Shown: piece after piece, positions 1 to 11,877 of the stretch
Layout: every line of letters starts with the position of its first letter
Numbering within the stretch: position 1 is the first letter of the stretch
From: Podarcis tiliguerta
Lineage: Eukaryota
Length of the DNA stretch: 64,000 nucleotides
Reading direction: 5' to 3' (one strand)
Assembly: GCA_965153285.1 (NCBI GenBank)
Contig: OZ229119.1
Position numbers and translations under genes: made by a program
The notes under the pieces: model-generated
What the model saw: only the letters and a program-made list of their open reading frames with translations
What the model was told of the DNA's origin: nothing
Database searches by the model: none

Positions 1-1234
1 AGTTCAGTCTTGTTTGTCTGTAGCTTCAGTTTAAGAATCCAATAATGTGAGTGTTAAAACAATTAGAATAAAAGCGTCACAGAGTATATTTGCCCAGTTA
101 CATTTCGCCAGTCCTCTGTTTGCCAGCCCTGCTAGCCGCTTCCTGCCAGCTACTTAACACTGCAAAGACAGCAGCCATTACTACAATATATGCTTTTGCC
201 CTGTTACTCTCCTAGTGCTGCTGCTGTTGCTACCAGCTGTTAAAGTGAGAAAGTAGGAAGATGGGAGGGTGGGTGTCCAATCCTGGTATCCACTGAAATG
301 TGGACATGTTTAAGGGGCTGTGTTCAGTGTAGGAGAGACTAACCCAGCACAAGTGGAAATAAAGGAAGAGCAAACAGTCACTTGTGCATTGTGGAGTTTT
401 GAGAGGACATTTACTGAGACCTTTTGCAGACATAGGAAGACACACTGGTGCTTATAGGTGATGCATTGGTGACCCCTGCACTACACCATGGAAACAGTAC
501 ACCTTGATTGATGTAGCTATTTTTCTGCCTTCTCTCAATTCTCAGATGTGATTATACTTAACTTGAATCATATCTCTTCATTCAAGAAGGTACCTATGCA
601 GAGAGCCACCAACAGCAGTTTTAATAATGGAAGTGCCAAGAGAAGAGGAATTTGTATTTAATCTCTTCTATATTTCCCCCCTCTTCACAGTCTAGTGTTA
701 AGATTTACTTAATAGAATCACGGTCATGCAGAGTATGCATTGTTCTTCCCATAGCTGTAATACTAAAATAAAGGTGTTTGTCTTACAAATGTGATAACTT
801 AGAGAGCAAAATGAGATAAAATTGAAGATGAATTATCTCCCTTCTGTTCCCAAGATCCAGTTTAAGGTTGTAAGTTAAACTGGATAACAGCTGGAAGAAA
901 ATTTCATGCAAATATAAATGGCGATGATAGTGTTTTACCTTAAGATATTAGTAAAAGCTGTTTTATACTTAAGAGAAATGTGGAAGTGAGCACCATCTAA
1001 TGTTTTGCCTAAAAATAGCAACAGTGTTTTAATATCTGAACACTAATTTTCTTCTCTGCTGTCCCTGAACAAGCTAAGATCGTGCATTTAGTTAATAATA
1101 AAGTCCAAAATTAATGGTTTATGTTTATGAAGGTTTATGTTACTTTTGCTTTAGTTATGCAAAGTAAACCTCAATTTTGCATTTGTATGTGTAAAAGTAA
1201 ACCTGAAAACCATTTTGTCTAAACTGCGGAAGTA

Positions 1235-1465
1235 CAGTGGTACCTCAGGTTACAGACGCTTCAGGTTACAGATGCTTCAGGTTACAGACTCCGCCAACCC
1301 AGAAATAGTACCTCGGGTTAAGAACTTTGCTTCAGGATGAGAACAGAAATCGTGCGGCAGCAGCGGGAGGCCTCATTAGCTAAAGTGGTGCTTCAGGTTA
1401 AGAACAGTTTCAGGTTAAGAACGGACCTCCAGAACCAATTAAGTTCTTAAGCCGAGGTACCACTG
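1235..1465. mobile_element. Tc1/mariner (Tigger-like) MITE
   Basis: TIRs CAGTGGTACCTC...GAGGTACCACTG flanked by TA on both sides; internal repeats of TTCAGGTTA. Confidence 0.85.
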
Positions 1466-2459
1466 TAGTATGGAGTCTTACAAGACACTGTAGTAAGTTA
1501 GTGTGGTACAGTAACCCTGCAGCTTGCATGCATTTAACTTGTGCACATTCAACGTTATCTGAGTGGCAAAAAAAAGAAGAAATGAAAAAGGGTGGGGTTT
1601 GGGGGAAATGACTTTGGCAGTCCCACCTGCCATTGAATCAAATGGGTTTTGACAATACACAATTTTGGCATAACTGCCACGTAAGTTGCAGCTCTACTGT
1701 ATATTCAGCTGAAGAGCCTTTTTTCTTTTCATTCTATGGAGTACTGATGCTTTTGCTGTTGTGAACTCCTGTATTTGAGAATTACATGCACTGTACTTTA
1801 ACATAGTTGCAGTGGAATACGTTTATGTGTTCAGATATTTATGTCTCTTTCTGTACATGTACACATTTATAGAAAAACGTACTTGAAGAGCAGAAATGTA
1901 GTTGAGGGTAATTAATCATGGGTGATATCCAATGTTTGTCCTACTTGGAGTAGAACTATTGAAATCAATGGGCAGGCAAATTTTCACTTATTTCAGTAGG
2001 TTTACTCCAGGTATGACTTAATTAGATCTTGCTCCATTTGCTTAAGTATTTAGAAACAGTGAAATGCAAGGCTTGCAACAGTATCATAAAATATACATTC
2101 TTACTGTGATTAATCTAATATGACCAACAAATTTGGCCTCACCTTGGTTTCAGTACTGAAAATGTATGCAGTTTTTATTGAAATAATTGATTGTGAAGGG
2201 CAAGCACAACTTGACATCTGGGACCTTGGAAGTATGTGAAGGGTAGATTGTGAATAAACTACAGCTTGCATCAAGGAACATCTGAGGAAGGAAAATAAAG
2301 TAACTGAGCTCCATGGGGACACACTGGTATTTTTTATAGATTGTGTCCTATGTTTTTAAAATCACAGACGCAGTATATATAAAAGATATTAGGATTCAAA
2401 TCTGCTTTGTCTTTATTAGTCCAAAATAACTGATTATCATAATGGAATCTTTTGTCTAG

Positions 2460-2582
2460 GTATGGAATTTATGAACGTTGTCGAGAGTTGGTGGAAGCGG
2501 GCTACGATGTACGGCAACCAGATAAAGAAAATGTTACACTTCTTCACTGGGCTGCAATCAACAATAGATTAGATTTAGTGAA
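2460..2582 (+). CDS. ZDHHC17: ZDHHC17 coding exon (human exon 3 equivalent), ankyrin region: (Q)[40 protein letters not shown](K)
   Basis: ttttgtctag acceptor, AA|gtaagt donor; translation recognisable as the HIP14 ankyrin domain. The gene's first two exons are outside the window. Confidence 0.96.
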
Positions 2583-2769
2583 GTAAGTAGTACTCTCCTA
2601 CCAAAATGAATTCATCATTAGAAGCATACATCAATAAAACCCTGCTATATTAGAATAAATGAGTGCATTAAAGCAAAGTAATTTAAATAGCTATGACTTT
2701 TTATACTGCATGGTTTTGTGTCACTCCCAAAACTTCATTCTACCAACTTCTGCAGGTATAAGAGTTTCT

Positions 2770-3310
2770 TGGCCACATTGGTTCCTTCAAGGTTGCATTG
2801 CAACAATGCACTTTTATGTGGAGCTTGCCTTGTGGCTGATCTGGAAACTGCAGTTAGTGCAGAACGCTACATCGTGATCACTAATAGGAGTGAAATTCTG
2901 TCAACATATTATATATGTGCTCAAAGATTTGCACTTGCTGCCAGTTTGTTTCTGGTCCAAATTCAAGGTTTTACTAATTGTATATAAAGGCCATAACAAC
3001 TTAGGGCCAGTTTACTTCAAGAATCACATTGCCTACACATGCCTAGTTGATTGCTTATCTCTGCAGAACTTGCACTTTTACAAGTGCCACATAGTATTTG
3101 TTCTGCATTTGCAAGGAGTCGCTATTTTAGTGTAGCAGTACATGTCCTTTGCAACTCCTTACCTATTGATTTTATCTGTGTGGTAATGATAATTATTTCA
3201 TGTATATTGTTTTTAAATAGTTTTGAAGGTGTTAGGTGTGTTTTAACTACAATTTTATGATGCATACTGCTCTGATTAATAGCTTATAAATATTTCCAAA
3301 TAAATAAACC
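2770..3310 (+). mobile_element. Degenerate L2-clade LINE 3' fragment
   Basis: Remnant reading ELALWLIWKLQLVQNA...QFKVLLIVYK, typical of an L2 ORF2 C-terminus; ends in a (TAAA)n tail. Confidence 0.65.
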
Positions 3311-4097
3311 TTACTTACGGCTTTTGGTTGTCATTTTTTTAAACAGTATATTTCAATTTTCCTGTGCAATGATGTTCCATTACATGTGTTAACTGATCTG
3401 AAAAGGATCTGCTGTTAGGCAGGTCATCAGAGAATCACAGAAACACTGCTTAGTGCGGAGGGGAGGCGGACCATCAACAGGCTTCTTATTCAGCCTTCTA
3501 ATAGCTATGGATTTCACTAGAACTGTAGGTATCAGTTTGCTCATATTGATGAGCTCTATAGAAATGCAACTTCTGAGATTTTATTCATAAGATTATATAT
3601 ATTCTGTGAACAATAACAAAGAACCTCAAGAAAGCAGAATATGGAGACCATTTTTAAAAAAATAAGATAAATGTAGAAAAACCAACAAATGAAAAACATT
3701 GCTTTCAAGGCCCCGAAGAATAGAAAGGTGTTGTTTTGTCACTGAAGAGATAGATGCATAGGCATCAGGCAAGCATTCTTGGGGGAGAAATTCCATAAAT
3801 GGTGTGTCACAACTGAAAATATCCTTTCTCCAGTCATCATCCACCTCATCAGTGAGGGCCACTCAAAAGAAAGCATTGCAGATGACCTCAGTGTACAAGG
3901 AGGTTGATGTTGGACACTGGCTTTACACTGCCCGTAAGACTTCTGAGGATGCGCCTTGAGTTGTGATGTTTTAAATTGCAGTGTTTACTCTCTACAGTGG
4001 ATATGGACTTGTGTGTGGTGTGATTTTCTTTCCTCAGTCAAAAAGTAATGCTGACAGCATGGATACTCTCCCATGTCAAAACTTTTTTCATTAGTTA

Positions 4098-4341
4098 CCG
4101 TATTTTTCGCTCTATAAGACACACCAGACCACAAGACGCACCTAGTTTTTGGAGGAGGAAAACAAGAAAAAAAAAATCTGAATCTCAGAAGCCAGAACAG
4201 CAAGAGGGAAAGCAGCAATCCCTCTTGCTGTTCTGGCTTCTGGGATAGCTGTGCAGCCTGCATTCACTCCATAAGACGCACACACATTTCCCCTTACTTT
4301 TTAGGAGGGAAAAAGTGAGTCTTATAGAGCAAAAAATACGG
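4098..4341. mobile_element. Tc1/mariner-pogo-like MITE with internal hairpin
   Basis: TIR CCGTATTTTTCGCTCTATAAGAC / GTCTTATAGAGCAAAAAATACGG with TA flanks. Confidence 0.85.
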
Positions 4342-4579
4342 TAAGTGCTGTATATTAAAATAAATGATAATTATAAATATGTTATTTAACCTCTAGTCAC
4401 TAAAAGTACCTGGTTTCTCCTTAATCTTAAGCCACTGTTATAAGGAGAACATAATTACTGGGCAAGCTGTGAAATTATATTCATTTCCATAGTTGCTCTG
4501 AATGTGTTACACCTCTTTATACCCATGTCTTTAATTACTATCTTGCATTACTACATATGCACCTGTTTTATGACTGCAG

Positions 4580-4657
4580 GTACTACATATCAAAAGGTGC
4601 TATTGTTGACCAGCTAGGAGGGGACCTGAACTCCACACCACTTCACTGGGCAACAAG
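4580..4657 (+). CDS. ZDHHC17: ZDHHC17 exon 4: [25 protein letters not shown](R)
   Basis: ctgcag acceptor, AG|gtgggg donor; phase compatible with neighbours; ankyrin TPLHWA motif. Confidence 0.96.
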
Positions 4658-4729
4658 GTGGGGAAGATTTCAGCGTTTTTCTCTTCTGTTTTGTCAGAGG
4701 AAATTTGTTGATTATTAATCACTGCATCT

Positions 4730-5240
4730 CAGAGAGGACATTGAAGAGCTGGAAATGATGCAGCCAATGCAACCAAAATTATCAAGGGGCTGGAGAAATG
4801 TCCTCATGTAGAAAGGTTACAAGTTTGGGGTTTCTTAGTGGGGGGGGGAGATAAGGCAGGCATGATATGTGCAAATAAAATTATGCAGGGTAAGGAAGAA
4901 TTGATATGAAGATGTTTTTCTGTTCTGTCATCATGCTAGAATCTGGGTCATCCAGTGATGCTAAATGGTAGGTGAGTACTTCTTTTTGTCTGCCCTGACT
5001 CACCTACCATTCAACATGGTAGGTGCAACATGACAGTACATAGTTAAACTAAGGCTTTTATTACCAAAAGATGCAGTAATGGCCACCAACTTGGATAGCT
5101 TTAAAAGGGGATTAAGTGAATTGATGGAGGATAAGGCTGTCAGTGGCTAATATTAATGATGATTATATATTGCCTTTAGGATTGGAGGCAGCATGCTGCT
5201 GAACAGTGACAGAAAGGCACTTTCACTCATGTCCTTCTCT
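4730..5240 (+). mobile_element. Degenerate CR1 LINE 3' fragment
   Basis: Resembles the CR1 ORF2 end (DIEELE..Q..ATK.IKGLE...ERL..LG) and the 3' part (ccaccaacttggatagctttaaaagggga). Confidence 0.65.
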
Positions 5241-5669
5241 TGATTTAATTTATAGATAGACTGTTTATAGATAGTATGAATATATTTGTATACTGGTATT
5301 CAGAACGAAATATTTAAAAATCTATCATGAGCATAGACAATAAAAACCATGTAGAAGTTTTAAAAACAGATTGGTTAAGTTACAGAAAGATAGAACTTCC
5401 AGGTGTTTGGCTGTCCAAATTTTTAATGACTAGAAATACCCCAAATAAAATTCTAATCTTCTGTGTGGTTTTGACAACAGGACAAGTTGACTAAGTAAAT
5501 TTAAAGTAGCTTATTCTTGAGCAGTTAAAAAAATTGGGGTGGAGGATGTTTTTGAGTCCTTGGAACAAAACCCAAAAATTAGAGTGCTATCCACGCAGGA
5601 TTGTGTGACTCGAATAAACCGCTGGCACAGATGGGCTCCAAACTCATCTATTGTATTGTGTGGCTTATT

Positions 5670-5912
5670 CAGGTCACATCCTCGCCATACATTTAAAACA
5701 CCCTTATACCACTTTGGCAGTCATGGCTTGCCCTGCCATAAAACTCCTGGGAGCTGTAGTTTGTTAGGAGTGCTGAGAGTTGTTTGGAGGCACCTCCCAG
5801 AACTACAATTCCCAGCACCCGCAACAAACTGCAGTTCTCAGGATTCTTAGAGTGAAGTCATGGCTGTTAAAGTGGTATAAGATTGCTTTAAATTTATGGT
5901 GTCGAAATGACC
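5670..5912. mobile_element. Palindromic non-autonomous DNA element; related degenerate copy at ~55500-55670
   Basis: Inverted arms ttataccacttt / aaagtggtataa and ctgggagctgtagtt / aactacaattcccag. Confidence 0.6.
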
Positions 5913-6247
5913 TCGCTCTTAAGAGTTTGCACTATTTTTTCCCATTGCATCTTCTTTCTACTTGTGGAACCCTGTTGTCTTCCTTAACTTAGGACAAAGT
6001 GTCTAGTGGATAGATGACCCTGCCAGATATGAGGGGATCAGATTCATGTTTGCTTCCTTCTATATGTGCATTTTTTTTGTACCAAAATAAAAATGAACCT
6101 ATGTTGCTTAACTTGGATTCAAAATACATTGCAAACGCTGTTTTTGAGTTCTTGATTTGTTGAACCTTAATGTTTGTCAATGTAAAGTTTTTAATGTGGT
6201 TTACTACAGTCTAAAGCTTTTTCAATCTTATATTCTTATTATTTCAG

Positions 6248-6392
6248 ACAGGGTCATTTATCAATGGTTGTACAGCTAATGAAATATGGTGCAGATCCAT
6301 CATTAATTGATGGGGAAGGATGTAGTTGTATTCACTTGGCAGCTCAGTTTGGACATACCTCGATAGTTGCTTATTTAATAGCCAAGGGGCAG
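6248..6392 (+). CDS. ZDHHC17: ZDHHC17 exon 5: [48 protein letters not shown]
   Basis: tttcag acceptor, CAG|gtatgt donor; ankyrin repeats. Confidence 0.96.
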
Positions 6393-7019
6393 GTATGTAT
6401 GTACTTAACTTTCTGTAGTTTTTAGTGGTGGTAGAATCTAAAGACGCAGTCTTCCTGGGTTTTTAAAACACATCTTTATATATCACAAAATGAAGTTGTT
6501 CTCCAGATTAATAAGCTACTATTAAAGCTGTAATTCTTTGCACACTTACCTCACAGTAAATCCTGTTTAACTCAGTAAAAGTTGTTTCTGAATTAATCAT
6601 GCTTAGGATTGCACCATCAATTTTGCATTGTTTGAATAAAAGCCCTTGATCAGTTGTACCATACCTAAGCAGTAGGACCTCCACATTTTACTCCATGTTT
6701 CTCTCTGAGCTCTTCATTATTCAAGGATCACATACAGTAGCACCTTAGCTTACATTACCCTTGGGTAACGTAAACTTCGGGTTGTGAAAGCAGCAAACCT
6801 GGAAGTGTTTCGCCGCATGTGCAGAAGTGCTCTACTGCGCCACACGCATTCGCGGAAGCGATCCCTCCGGTTGTGGAGGGATTGCTGCTGATTGCTGGCT
6901 GTATATTTTTCTTAGATTTGTATTCTAGATAGTGCATCTGCTTAATAAAATGTATGTATGAAATATAAGGTCTGTGCAGATGCCGCACCATGGTCTAGCA
7001 GAGTTGAGGTCTAGCAGAA

Positions 7020-7560
7020 TCAACAAGGACATAAGCCCAGTTCAATTCCCTGTTGTAAGTCATCCATCAAGGTGACCAAAGCTGTCTGTTTCCCATAACT
7101 AGGCCTGAAACCATATTGAAATGGATCTAGATAATCCACCTCATCAAGAAACCCATGGAGCTGAGATACCACCGCACATTCCAGTACCTTCCCCATACAG
7201 TAAATGGGATATTGGAAACTTGCCAATAATTATCCAATATGGTGGGATTCAGGGAGGGCTTTTTCACTTCGTATAGGTCTTATAAATGCTGAGACCCTGC
7301 CTTGTGTTAAGCAAGGCATTGATCACTCCCTTTATCCACTCAACCCATGACCCACTGGCCCTTTAATGAGCCAGGAAGGGCACGGTTCTGGCACAGATGT
7401 GGTAAGTCTCAGATTTCCAAAGATCCTCTCCATGTCCTTGAGCTGCACAAGTTGAAAAGCATTCTTTATCATGGGACAAGCAGGGCTCAAAGTTACATCT
7501 AATGGACCTGTATCAAATCTTCGTGGTTTTCAAGTTTGCAGATTATTTCTGAAGCATCTG
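7020..7560 (-). mobile_element. L2-clade LINE reverse-transcriptase fragment
   Basis: ORF 7020..7226 reads GKVLE..V..QL.GFLDEVDYLDPFQYGFRP.YG..TALV.L.DDL, the early RT motifs. Confidence 0.8.
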
Positions 7561-8098
7561 TGATTCTTAAAAGGACTGAACTGTAGATTAACTTTAACCA
7601 ATATGATATTGTTAAACACGAGGAATTTCAAATTATTGTTCACATCCAAAGATTCCTTTAGTCAAACTGCCAAAGTCTTGTACCTATAGAGTGGAATATT
7701 CTTGATTCTTAACTTTCTTACATTGCACAAAACTCTGTGATGTATAACAAGGTTCCCTCCTCTTTGAAAGCTGTTTGAAACATGGCATGGAAGCCATCTG
7801 TTCAAGAAACAGAAGTGGGTCCAGAGAACCAGTTGAACATTTCTTTGGATCCTGCCCAGTGTGATTATTTCATTCTTCCTACTTCATTGTTAATTCTGAT
7901 TGGAAGATGTACATATTATTATTTAGGTAGTTCTTTTGCAAAAATGGCAGAGTTGTAACAGCAGATGGTGCTGTAGCATATATTATGATGTTTGATCTCT
8001 TATATTACATGCATACAATGTGGTTATTATGCATTTTGCAGTGTGTGAAAACCTCACTATTTAAAATATTTGCTTATTTACATCACTGTACCATTTAA

Positions 8099-8236
8099 CA
8101 GAGATGGGAAACATGTGGTCCTCCAGATGTTCCTGGACTACAGTTCACTTCATATGGGGCCATTGGCTATTTTGACTGGGGCTTATGTAAGTTGGGAGTC
8201 CAACAACATCCAAAGGACCACAGGTTCCTACCCCTG
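8099..8236. mobile_element. hAT-type MITE (same family as 43310-43433)
   Basis: Imperfect TIRs CAGAGATGGGAAACATGTGGTCCT...AGGACCACAGGTTCCTACCCCTG. Confidence 0.7.
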
Positions 8237-8351
8237 GTTTATAATGATTTATTGACCCCTTCAAGACTAGACATCTGGAAGTTTGTCCTTGATATTTTTT
8301 CTTCAACTTCAATAAATGTGCATGTCTGATTACTGTTGCTCTTTTCATCAG

Positions 8352-8416
8352 GATGTAGATATGATGGATCAAAATGGAATGACTCCTTTGATGTGGGCAG
8401 CTTATAGAACACACAG
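8352..8416 (+). CDS. ZDHHC17: ZDHHC17 exon 6: DVDMMDQNGMTPLMWAAYRTH(S)
   Basis: cttttcatcag acceptor, AG|gtaatt donor. Confidence 0.95.
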
Positions 8417-8885
8417 GTAATTTGCTCATTCAAACTAGACCAATCTGAAGCTTTTTGTACTAATCAAATAGAATAATGAACTATACAAAATGTGTAATAT
8501 ATTTTTTACCTTAGGCATGATTAATCTTTTTTTATTATTTTAGTAAAGGGAGCTATATTTCTAAGAATTCATGAGCAGGAAAACTGATTCAGCATTACAG
8601 GAATGTCACATTGGGACCAACATTCCCAGCATGTTTTGTTGACATATGTTGAAAATATCTGTCTTTGTGGCATTTACACAAAGTGGATTTTTTTATACAC
8701 TTTTCTTCCAGTTATCATCTTCAGAGACAGACACAAGGTATATTCTAGTTTCAGCACACCTCCCCTATTTTCAAAATTCTGTTGCAACTTTAGGTTATTA
8801 TGGAGAAGAAGAGTCAAAATCTTCTGACTACATCCAACATTAAACGTACTCACAATAAAGCCGTTTTGAAATGAATGGACATAAT

Positions 8886-9018
8886 CAGTTCTATTTTTCT
8901 AGAAAAAGAGGTACCGTAACTCACCATGAACACCTCCCTTGTTCTCTTATGGCAATGGCACCCACCTGAAAGGTGCTGTAACTGTGTTCTGGTGAGCTCT
9001 GGCTGAAAAAAAGTCTTG
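8886..9018. mobile_element. Short hAT-like MITE, degenerate
   Basis: Ends cagttctattttt / aaaaaaagtcttg resemble TIRs; internal aactcacc / ggtgagct inversion. Confidence 0.45.
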
Positions 9019-9834
9019 AACATGACTAACCTAACCCTGCTAATTTCAGTAGTCTACTCTGAGCAGAAGCTGGCTATTTTTTTGTGTTTTCTGAGTAGTC
9101 AAATATTCTTCAGATTGAATGATCACCAGTATTGTCTGTGTTAAGAAAAATAAAACTTTTGAAAAGGGGCTAAATAGTAATACTGTTTTCGAAAGAAGGA
9201 ACATCACATTTTGAAGGCAGGTCCAACTGTATGTCTAAACCAGGTTGGGTGTTTTCAGACTATGGTCTGTGGCTGTGAAGAACACACAATTTTAATTCTA
9301 TGGAATTCAAATTATAATACAATGAAATAAAAGAAGCAATACAATACATTTAGGAATCATACGGCATCTAGCACATAGCAATTTGGGGACCACTGAACTA
9401 TGTGTTCTCCCTCCCTCTATTAATATCCTAGATATGAGCTGAAATGTCATTTTTGTGATTTCATGTTGAAATTGACCCCTGGGCATCTGAGATAAGGAGG
9501 GGGGAGAATATTAATTCATGCAATGCAGATCAAATATCTAGTCTTGTCTTAAAATTGCTAATGATTTTTTTTTTTTTTACTGCTTCTGGGAATTGGGGCT
9601 CTCTGTATAAAATGCTGCCTCAGAGAGTAAAAAACCCCAACCCTAATCATTAACTCTTATTTCATAGAGTATTTTATAGAGTTCCCTGCTCATTAGTGCT
9701 TTTAATACTGGAGAAAGAAATCTGATTAGTATTGATCAAATAAATTATCTCCAAGGGGATCTGATCCCTGGATTAATATGAAGATAATGATAAGTACATG
9801 TTTTTATGGATTTAATTTTGCTTTTATTTTGCAG

Positions 9835-9997
9835 TGTGGACCCCACTCGGTTGCTACTTACTTTTAACGTTTCAGTGAATCTGGGAGACAAATATCATAA
9901 GAACACAGCACTACATTGGGCAGTGCTAGCAGGAAATACCACAGTGATTAGTCTTCTGCTAGAAGCTGGAGCAAATGTTGATGCCCAAAATATCAAG
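9835..9997 (+). CDS. ZDHHC17: ZDHHC17 exon 7: VDPTRLLLTFNVSVNLGDKYHKNTALHWAVLAGNTTVISLLLEAGANVDAQNIK
   Basis: ttttgcag acceptor, AAG|gtaaat donor; lies within ORF-track 9806..10018. Confidence 0.96.
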
Positions 9998-11282
9998 GTA
10001 AATCTATGTTTGTTCTAACAGAAACCTGCACATTTGGTTGGTTGGTTCTGAGCCATGTGAAAATCAGGTATTCCTGTTCATACAACTATGGGAGGTTCTC
10101 CCACTTGCATCCTGTACATCCATGAACCCTCTTTCCTCTTACTCTAAACCCATGCTCACTGCTATGCTTTTCTACCCTCAGTCCCTACCATTTCATGCAC
10201 ATCCTCCCGTCCCTCCCACCCACACTCATGGTTTTAGTACTCCACCTTTGTTCTTTGAGCTGCCATGACTTGGATTGGGCTAGTTTAACTCCCTTATCTC
10301 CTTGAGCCCTTTCCCACTTAGCTTCCTGCCACCCCAGTTGTATCCAACATTGACTATTCTCAGAATAAACCAAGTTAAATTAATGACTAACCTAAATCCA
10401 GTTGGATACAACCCAGTGTTTATAACATTGCTTTCATACAAAGCAATTTTCACTTAAAATTTTCTACTGTCAATATGTTTTCGTTTACTTCTAGATCTCC
10501 CTAAATACAGCTCCTCTAGTCTGGAACATTTGTGTTTTCTCTTCACTTAATGGCAAGCAGCAGTATGCCATGGTACCTTTCTGCAGACATACTTTTTCAT
10601 ACGAAGCAATGGGATCCCAATAAAAAGAAACAACACATAAGAACATGTAACCACATACATAAATAAAGTACCATATTAATACGTTATAGAGAAAACTCAG
10701 GAAGCTCTCTCCATCTTGGCAGATAAGAGTTGCAGGGAGAATATTTTATTTAGTCTTTGAAATGTTTGGAAGAGAGAATAAACAAAAGTGGTCAGATACT
10801 TGAATTGAAAGCTCCTATTCATAATATTAATAAAATACTGCAGGCTAATACTTCTCAAAAATTTGAAGCAGGTATCTCTTGGAAGCCACCAGCAGGCACC
10901 AGAAAGCTAAATAATCCCTCCCTTCCACTCAGTACTGTAGAAGAAATTATGTACCTTTGTGCCTTTTGTTGACTCTGTATTGGGGATTAAAAGCTCTTTG
11001 TTTGCAAGTATTGTGCAAAATCGTAGGTATTCCGCCATATTTTGCCGGCCCAATCTGTTTTGTTCCTTTTACCTGTTGTTTTTCTCTTTTCCTTATCCTT
11101 AATAGACCCAGGGTAGAGTAAACATATGTCTGTGTTGTCTCTACACCCTAATCTGTGCACAATGGACAGTACACATTGGTTCTGCTACACTGCCTGTTGG
11201 TAAAAATATTGATGGGTTGATACAAAACATTGCCACCTATTAAGAATACACAGCTATTGTAATCTAAATGCATCTAGGACAG

Positions 11283-11877
11283 CAGGTAGGCTTGCCATAT
11301 TTCAAAAAGTAAAATTCCTGACACTCCCAAAGGGAAAAAAAAACACGGGGAAGGGTCATTGGCACGGCCTCCCACCCCCCAAAAAAACCCCCAACACACA
11401 CACCCCAGCATCTCCAAGAGCTGATTCTTCTTCTTCTAGCAGGGAAAGAAAGGGAGATTCTTTGTTGAGAGCCTCCCTCGTCTCCCCACTTTGGGAGAGT
11501 GGGACTGAGGAGATAGGTTCCTTTGGACCTGCTCCAGAGCAAGTGGTCACAGGTGCCCTGTTCCCTTTTAGACAGACTCCTTGCCTTCTGCTCTGCATCC
11601 TGGGCTCCCCTCCTCCTCCTCAGTTGGGGCTGCTGCTTGTGGGGAGGCTGGGGTCACAAGCGTGCTTTGGGTCTCCCACATAAGAGGGGACATTCCTTCC
11701 ACTACTCAGTGGGGGGTGGGGTGGGGGGCAGAAAACAGAAATAAAAAACCAGGTTTCCATACATACGGGAAATTTCAAACATCTCTTAAAATTCAAAAAT
11801 TTTCCCCAGGACTCTATTTTAGGCGTCCAATTTCCTGGTATGTCAGGAATTTTCCAGACATATAGCAGGCCTACCTG
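11283..11877. mobile_element. Non-autonomous DNA transposon (hAT-like), GC-rich interior
   Basis: TIRs CAGGTAGGCTTGCCATAT / ATATAGCAGGCCTACCTG; subterminal aattcctgaca / tgtcaggaatt inversion. Confidence 0.65.

Noticed and set aside
1235-1465. Regularly spaced TTCAGGTTA repeats superficially like a CRISPR array
   Set aside because: Internal subterminal repeats of a TA-flanked MITE in a eukaryotic intron; no uniform repeat-spacer structure or cas genes.
3793-3802. Perfect CArG CCATAAATGG (another, CCTAATTTGG, at 31752-31761)
   Set aside because: The first lies in a decayed LINE-like tail, both are far from the CSRP2 promoter, and such matches are expected by chance.
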